From NCBI GenBank assembly GCA_951406725.2, contig OX597830.1, forward strand, positions 76,880,001 through 76,944,000: a stretch of DNA of 64,000 nucleotides, in the 5' to 3' direction. The DNA is from Octopus vulgaris. Taxonomy: Eukaryota. Positions 55,750-64,000 of this stretch are shown piece by piece. A program made the translations under genes and the position numbers. The notes below the pieces were generated by a model that searched no databases, was not told where the DNA came from, and saw only the letters and a program-made list of their open reading frames with translations. Each line of letters opens with the position of its first letter. Positions within the stretch are counted from its first letter, which is position 1.

Positions 55750-57580
55750 TTTTTTTTTTATTCAGGTACTGGCTTTAGTTGTCATCTAAGGGAGACAATT
55801 TTCTTAATATGACCAGGTCGTAATACAGTTGTGTCCCTTACATTCTAATCTTCTTATCGTATGCTAGTAGACTTGAGCCAAATTTGGAGACCATTATTTG
55901 TTTAGAGTTTACACAACATCTGGATATGCTAGATATAGAAATCGGAAATAGAAATCAAGTATCCCACAAGTCCCAACACCTTTCTTTTCTTCCATAGAGA
56001 AGAATGCAGTGAATAATAGTATCACTTTCTGTTCCTCATTTGTCACTCAGTTCTCAATGCTATTTTTTTTCAAATGATGCCCAACGAATTGAGTTGTCTC
56101 TTTCTTTTCTTTCTTTTTTTGTTTTGTTGAGAAGCTTTCTGGTGGTATTTGGTCGCCTAAACTCTTCAATGCTTGTCACTCTGTCTACATAGGATACCTT
56201 CAGCATTCCGTCTAAGAAACTTCATCTCTGTGTCACTGATAAGTTTTTACATTTATTTTTTCTTTTCTTTTCTTTCTTTCTTTCCTCTTTTCACGCAACA
56301 AATATATGAGGTGAGGTTTATGCATTTATGCATGCATTTGGGAGTAATTTCCTCACTCCTACTCATAGCCGTTTATTCGACAAAACCTGTTTGATATCAC
56401 TATAAATAGCCTTGGACTGTCATCTCCATGACAATTTCCGCGATATACGTAACAAATAATGTTCCCAGAAATTAAACACTTTCAACTTCTTTAAGTTTGT
56501 TCTATAATTTATACTGTAGCAAATTTGTTTTGTCGTTGTCTCAGACCTTAACTTTTTGATTTTTTTAATATTAAGATTCATGCCAAGTTTTCACTCAAAT
56601 CATTAATAGAACTAATGCTTGAGTATTTTCCTTGTATTTGAAAAGGAGACATTTCCCGAAATATTATAGGATCATTAAACAACGTATTGAAGTTAATAAA
56701 ATGCTATTTCTCTTTCGCTTCAATCATTGATAACAACATACATATTTTGCTTACTCCCTTAACTGCATTATTCAAAGGTTTTCGCAAATATTTATCGCAT
56801 TTATATCTCAGCAGCTCATTCACTGATGCTGCTATAAGGACCATTATGTCTCTATAACGAACATTGTTTTCTCCTTCTAACTGCATACCTGACAAATGTT
56901 CAACAGATCGCACAATTATTGCACAGCTTCATGAGAAAAAGCCTGGTGATAGCACAGGGCCCTATTATAATCCTCTTTTGATTATCTCATATTCTAGTAC
57001 CCCATTTCAAGTTTTGATGGTTGCTATCGTTGCAAATGTATGTTTCTTAATATCCGCTAATGATTTTTATATCTTCTAACATTTTAATGATCTTCTTATT
57101 AGTTCATGCTATCAAACCCTTTTGGACAATCAATCGAATATGGATACACGTCTCTTGGTACTTGAGTTGTTCTTTCAATGAAATTCCTCAAAGCTACTTC
57201 TATTCAAATGTTCCTTTACTCCTCAACAATTCCACATTACTTTTATATGTGGATCTCAGTATGAAGACTCATTATAATATTTTTGTAATGTGCTTCAAAA
57301 ACGCAGGCCGCTTCTGTGTAACCCACATTCTATTACCCAAGGATTTAGTGAGAATTCAATAAATGTTGATTTGGATGTGTTTCGTAGAATCTGCTCCTAT
57401 ATCGTTGATGTTACTGAGCAGGTCTGTTATTCTATCAATTCCAAAATCTTCAGGTACCATAGACATCAATCACTAATTATTATCTGTTTCAGAGGTTTTC
57501 TTACGTTTCATCTATTTAAGTACCTGACCATTGTTGGTCTTTCAACGTTCTGTTCTGTCTACCAGTGGTCATCCATTGGA
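55750..57580 (-). pseudogene. Highly decayed RTE-clade LINE reverse-transcriptase region
   Basis: Residual EDFGIDRITDLL...KHITKIL...KGT segments in RTE/BovB-like order; many stops and frameshifts. Confidence 0.6.
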
Positions 57581-57925
57581 CGGTTATGTAGCTTTGTGAT
57601 GTATTTAGGGTATATTTCGAGATTGTCTTTCCTTTCTCTGAATATGGAACGTTAACCCCTTGATGCCGGTATTACTCGAAGCATTCGAGACACTGCTCCG
57701 GGTTTTTTTTTATCTAATGAGACCGCACAAACACACAAGTGTCAACGAGCTCGCGTCTATTTACGTTCACCGTTACAATAACATAGCATCGTACATTTAC
57801 GTCTACCAGTTTATGAAAACGAACTATGTGAAGCTATTTATCATAATAGGATATGCACGAGTTATTCTGCTCAAGTTCAGAAAATAGCTTGCGTGTGGTA
57901 CTACCCAAAACACGGTATTATGCAT

Positions 57926-58160
57926 GCGGCGAGCTAGCAGAAGCGTTAGCACACCGGGCGAAATGCTTTGCGGTACTTCGTTTGCCGTTACGTTCTGAGT
58001 TCAAATTCCGCCGAGGTCGACTTTGCCTTTCATCCTTTCGGGGTCGATAAATTAAGTACCAGTTACGCACTGGGGGTCGATGTAATCGACATAATACCTA
58101 TGTCTGTCCTTGTTTGTCCCCTCTATGTTTAGCCCCTTGTGGGTAATAAAGAAATAGGTA
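57926..58160 (+). mobile_element. SINE family A, full length
   Basis: Matches the other A copies. Confidence 0.85.
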
Positions 58161-58171
58161 TTATGCATGTA

Positions 58172-58250
<79 letters not shown>

Positions 58251-58620
58251 ATTACGGTAGTGATATAGAGGATATTTAATATTTATTTCTAGTAGGTTAG
58301 TGACCACATAATTAAGTTTCCATTTTCCTTCTAGATCGCCTCCATGTCTAGCTATGGCTCTCACTTTTCGGTGAAAAAAAAAATTATCATGCATCCTTAC
58401 AAAATATGATGGTAATATTTTTTACCCGTGCATGACTTGTTAGAAATAATAGTCAAATTTCTTTCAAATCACAACTTCGATATCTTCAAAGTAGAAACAG
58501 AGTTTTGTAGGTTTATGCCCCTTCGAAGCAGTGGATAAGAGTTGCCTCCCATGTAATTTTATTTTTTGGCGTTAAATTGTTTCTGTATATGTAACATCTC
58601 TCTCCAACTCGCTATTACTC

Positions 58621-58785
<165 letters not shown>

Positions 58786-58889
58786 CCGGAGTATGCACAT
58801 AAATGTAAAACAAGGTGGAAAAAAGAGTACTCAAATACCAGAGGTAGAGTAGTATGTTTTATTTAAAAGCAGCAGAACTATATCAAAAG

Positions 58890-58927
58890 CTGTTACTCGG
58901 AGTTTCACGTTCCCGTTCGTCGGACAG
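58890..58927 (-). ncRNA. Minimal type I hammerhead (U4C variant) within an inverted repeat
   Basis: CUGU-CCGACGA-ACG-GGAA-CGU-GAA-ACUC-C-GAGU-A|ACAG; all three helices form. Confidence 0.6.
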
Positions 58928-59376
58928 TTTTAAAACCCGTAGCAACAGCTTTTGTTATAGTTCTGCTACTTTTAAATAAAGTATATATATATATATATAT
59001 ATGTGTGTTTAGTAATTTAGTACACGCTACTACTCTACCTAGATTTAATAACAAGCTACTTTGCACTTAGCTTGTTGCAAATCAGTGAACGATGGTCACT
59101 TTCTTTACAACATATATATGCTGGCAGAAGCGGATTTCAGCTATCGCTCCATTGCGCAGATGCGCATGGCTTATGAAGAGCCAACTAGCTCGAAAGTGGG
59201 CCAGTTCCACGTTCCTGTTAGCTGATGGAGTGTTAGTAGGGGTTCATTCCCCCTGCTAGCGATATATTATACATAAAGGATGCAGAACGCTGTATCGAAA
59301 ACCAGCTGGTTGAGAATATGCCTGGGGTTAAACTGGTTGTAAAATTCACCAGCCACTTTGATGTGGCAACTCACTC

Positions 59377-59445
<69 letters not shown>

Positions 59446-59639
59446 TGCATATATATATATATCTATATAATCAGCCGAAATTGCGGAGATGATCCGGTTC
59501 TTGACTGAAGATTGAGGGGTTCGAATGTCCCGTCCGTGTTTTTTGTGTCGTCTTCTAAATGTTTCATGTTCTTGTCCCAGTTTGTAATTTTTTTAACTTT
59601 TACACACACACAGACACACACACACATATATATATATAG

Positions 59640-59800
59640 TGAGAGTTTACAGAAAAACAAAAAACGAAGACTGGTGTGTAAACAACAAACAAATGTATTA
59701 GTTTAACGCTCGGGAAGTGAGAAAGTCTTTTACGTTTCGAGCCTATGCTCTTCGACGGAAAGGAACACAGAAATAAACAGGGAGAAAAAATAGAGCAATC
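59640..59800 (-). mobile_element. TA-embedded short element with a variant minimal hammerhead
   Basis: Minus strand CUUU-CCGUCGA-A-GAG-CAUAGG-CUC-GAAACGUA-AAAG. Confidence 0.55.
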
Positions 59801-60513
59801 ATGGCGAGTGCCGGACAGAAGGGTCACACAGGAGAGCTAGGAAGAAAGGAGATAATAAAGTGGTGGTGATCGCAAAACGAAGCTGCGCGTGCGTGTATAT
59901 GTGAGAGCATGTATGTTCGTGTAGAAGGGGTCTAGTGACCTTGACGTGTGCCTGTATATATATATATATACATAACGATACAGATATTTGGCAAAGTCGT
60001 CTGAATTTTACAGTTATTAACTTGGCTCACTATCACCAAACCGAATTTTCCTTTCAACATCTCCTGGATATAAAAGAAAATACCTGGTCCACCATGTTAA
60101 CATGGTGGACCAGGTCAGTTTAAGCTTCCCTACTACTATAATGTAAACTTTTTAAAACTTATAATATTCTGTGCGTGTATGTATATACAGATACAATACC
60201 AATATTCCACTGAACTTTTTAATAATTCCTTCTGGAAACTATCTTCAACATTTTCTTGAGAATGTATATATATGTTGCAATCTTTTGTGCCCAATATTTT
60301 AATGAACTTGTGAAACTTTTTTATGTTCTTAACATGTTCTTGTTACCAAAGAATGTATATATGTATTGTAGTATTTTGTGACAACCAATAATTAACACAA
60401 CCACACTTTTACATGTTACTTTTAACAAACTTTTTCTAAAAAGTGAAACCGGTAAAATAAATAAACATCTTTTAAAATTGCATTTTCAAACCTTCTTTCA
60501 TATATATATACAT

Positions 60514-60613
<100 letters not shown>

Positions 60614-60699
60614 CATGTACATATATATACATATAATATATATATATATATAAGATATATATTATATAACTTATATATATATATATATCTTTATATATG

Positions 60700-60777
<78 letters not shown>

Positions 60778-60864
60778 TGTATGTATGTATTATGTATGTA
60801 TGCTTGTATGTATGCATGTATGTATGTATGTATGTATGTATGTATGTATTGTATATGTTGGTTC

Positions 60865-61070
60865 CAAATTTTGGCCAAGTTCACCAATTTCGCGAGAGCT
60901 GGTTAAGTCGATTACATAGACTCTCGTGCTCAACTGGTACTTATTTTATTGATCCCGAATGGATAAAAGGCAAAGTTAACCTCAGCAGGATTTGAACTAA
61001 AATACAAAAGATGGACGATGTGTTGCTAAACATTTTGCTCGGTGTGCTAACTATTCTCCTACTTCGCCAC
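60865..61070 (-). mobile_element. SINE family A, old copy
   Basis: ACTGGTACTTATTTTATTGATCCCGAA...GGTGTGCTAAC. Confidence 0.7.
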
Positions 61071-61347
61071 ATACATACATAGATGCACACATACATACAT
61101 ACATACAAACATACATACATACATACATACATACATACATACATACATACATACATACATACATACATACATACATACATACATACATACAAACGTACGT
61201 TACGTGTTTAAAATCGTTATTATATTGTATAAGTATTATTGTATCTTTTTAGCATTATCATGCATTTGAGAATAAATTGTTTTTGTATCTTTCAATACAA
61301 CTAAATACATCTAAAACAAACTTTGTTTACTTCCATTGTAAGTTGAA

Positions 61348-61398
<51 letters not shown>

Positions 61399-61698
61399 AA
61401 GTTAAAGCTCCAAAAATGGTTAAGAGGAATTTATAATCCAAGCGACTCACTCTTCTCCGTTAATAAAACAAAAGAAGAATTTTGGGTGTACTTGTAGAAT
61501 ATTCAGATGATATCTGATTATCAATTAATTCGGACCCTCATGAAGCAGCACCGATAATTAACACGAAGTTACACACTTTGCAGTGTGCATCGGCTTGCAA
61601 CAGAAACGCGCCTAGGTTCTTATAAGAAGGATGTAATGAACTGTACAATAAAACTTAGAATGTTAAAGTGTTCTCCTGAAATCTATTAAAATATAGAA

Positions 61699-61767
<69 letters not shown>

Positions 61768-62051
61768 TGTATATGTTCACACACATACACACACGCACGT
61801 ACACACACACAAACACTCACACACACATATATACATATATATATATATATGGCATGTCCACTCCCCAAGCACTCACAGACTCGTCTGCAATGTTCCTTGA
61901 TTTCTTGAAGATGGGATTTTAAACCCCGAAATATTAAATGCAAGGTAATTCATATTTTAATTCATATATTTGTTTTCTTCTGCTTTGCCTTGCTTTTACT
62001 TCGCATTGGTCTAGCCTTACCTACGATCCTTTATACAATATATTCTACACA

Positions 62052-62452
62052 AAGGCGGCGAGCTGACAGAAACGCTAGCACACTGGGCGAAATGTTTAGC
62101 GGTATTTTCGTCTGCCGTTACGTTCTGGGTTAAAATTCCGCCGAGTCGACTTTGTCTTTCATCCTTTCGGGGTCGATAAATTAAGTACCTGCTACGCACT
62201 GGGGTCGATATAATCGACTTAATCCGTTTGTCTGTCCTTGTTTATCTTCTCTGTGTTTAGCCCCTAGTGGGTAGTAAAGAAATAGGTATTTCGTCTGTCT
62301 GTCTTTATGTTCTGAATTCAAATTCCGTCGAGGTCGACTTTACCTTTCATCCTTTCGGGGTCGATAAATTAAGTACCAACTGCGTACTAGGATCGATCTA
62401 AGGGACTGGCCACTTCCTCACAAATTTCAGGCCTTGTGCCTAGAGTAGAAAA
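62052..62452 (+). mobile_element. SINE family A with a second tandem body
   Basis: Head at ~62052; the second TATTTCGTC unit starts at ~62287. Confidence 0.85.
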
Positions 62453-62816
62453 GAATATGTTATATCTGGTTCGGTAGGCTGTTGCAGGATGAGTAGAAGT
62501 GTGGCAGGCGGAGGGAAAATGGTCAGAGCAGTCGACAGAGTTTTGTTGACGGAGCGGTGTTTTCGCAACCGAGACAACTGAGCATTATCGAGTTTTCGAA
62601 ACATTCCGGCCTTATTTGAACTGCTGGGCATGCGATCTACCTATGTGCCAAAGATCATTAAAATCGGTTGGATTGTGTGGGAAAAGATAGAGTAACCCCC
62701 AAACGCACACACAGACAGACACCATTACACATTTATGTATATACAGGGTGATATATGTATGTGTATGTGCGTATGTATGTATGTGTATTTGCCTCTGTGT
62801 ATGTATTATGTAAGCA

Positions 62817-62875
<59 letters not shown>

Positions 62876-62879
62876 TACA

Positions 62880-63990
62880 CAGTACCTAATTCTATTCAAT
62901 CTTTCAGCTCTGTTGCATCTGTTTTACTGTTTGGTATTCGCGCTGGAAGCTCCAAGATGAACATTACAGAGTGTTTAAGTGTCAATCTGAGGGTCATTGC
63001 AGAGGATTCGGAAAGAGTCGGATGCCTCTAATGGTAATTACAAAGGTGCAGTACCTCGCAAAACTCACTCTAATCGTTCTAATAAAGAAATAAGTCCTGG
63101 ATTTGTTGGTGAGGTCCAGGCCATGATTGACAATGATCCTTCCAAGTCAATCAGGTCCATCGCCAGGGACATGATAGTGTCTGAATATCTTATCAAGCAG
63201 GTAATGCATGAAGACATTCGGAATTCTTCATACAAGATGTGAAAGGGCCATTTTTTTATCCTAAGCCATTAAGGACAAAAGGGAAAATTGCGCTAAGAAG
63301 TTTTTGAACAAACTCAAACATACTTTCCAACCGAACATGTTTTGGTTTTTGTCAGACGAGAAAAATTTCTGCCAGGATCAGATGGTGAACACAGAGAACA
63401 ACCGTTGGCTTGCCGTATCCCCAAAACATGTAGCGAGTATGATAAAAATCAAACATCCAGTAAACAACATGGTGTTTGGAGTGATCACTAGTGACGGCAA
63501 TGTTATGCCTCAGACTCAACACCGGGGCCTACATCAAATTCTTGGATGAGGCAGTGCTGCCCTGGATGAAGAGGGTGGCTACTGGGAGACTTTTTCTCTG
63601 GCAACAGGAATCTGCATCATGCCACACAAGCAGGAGAACCCAGTCATGGCTGTCAGTAAATTTCTGTGACCACATCACTCCTAATGTCTGGCCACCTAAC
63701 TCTCCATACTGCAACCTCCTTGATTATCGCGTGCGGGGCGCAGTTGAGCGAGAGAGCAACAAAACTACTTGTAACATCAAAGATGAACTGCAGACCAGGA
63801 TTATGGCAGCATTCAGCAACTTAAACAAGGAGATCGTCCAGAAGAGTTGCAGTAGATTCTGAGGTCGTTTGAAGGACATGCTTGAAGCCAATGGCGATTT
63901 TATTGAATAAATTTGCTCGTTAGGATTTCAAGATATTTTAATGTAATTTTGGTAAATATATATGTTAAAATGAGATGTCAATGTTTCATT
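62880..63990 (+). pseudogene. maT-family (DD37D) Tc1/mariner transposase pseudogene
   Basis: DPSKSIRSIARDM HTH; FLSDEKNF; MVFGVITSDG; WQQ(E)SASCH, then 37 residues to WPPNSPYCNLLDY; stops and frameshifts. Confidence 0.9.
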
Positions 63991-64000
63991 TTTGCGTAAT

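Overview
This is AT-rich eukaryotic DNA saturated with microsatellites and SINEs; the repeat families resemble those I recall from Octopus/cephalopod genomes (inference). Nearly all listed ORFs are microsatellite translations. Supported content: three tRNA-derived SINE families in many copies; decayed RLE-type non-LTR retrotransposon fragments (R4/Dong-like, HERO-like); a Penelope-like GIY-YIG fragment; RTE and CR1 fragments; Tc1, mariner and maT (DD37D) transposase relics; two non-autonomous Helitron-like elements; hAT MITEs with 8-bp TSDs; and a tRNA-Asp(GTC) gene carrying a 4-nt duplication. One internal exon and one first exon are candidates on the minus strand. The most notable signals are a complete type I hammerhead ribozyme at 33851-33949(-), many variant hammerheads in short elements embedded in TA/CA microsatellites, and a non-coding ~560-bp element found only in (TAA)n tracts near a (TAA)n-flanked Dong-like LINE. 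Coordinates of decayed repeats are approximate and were read by eye.
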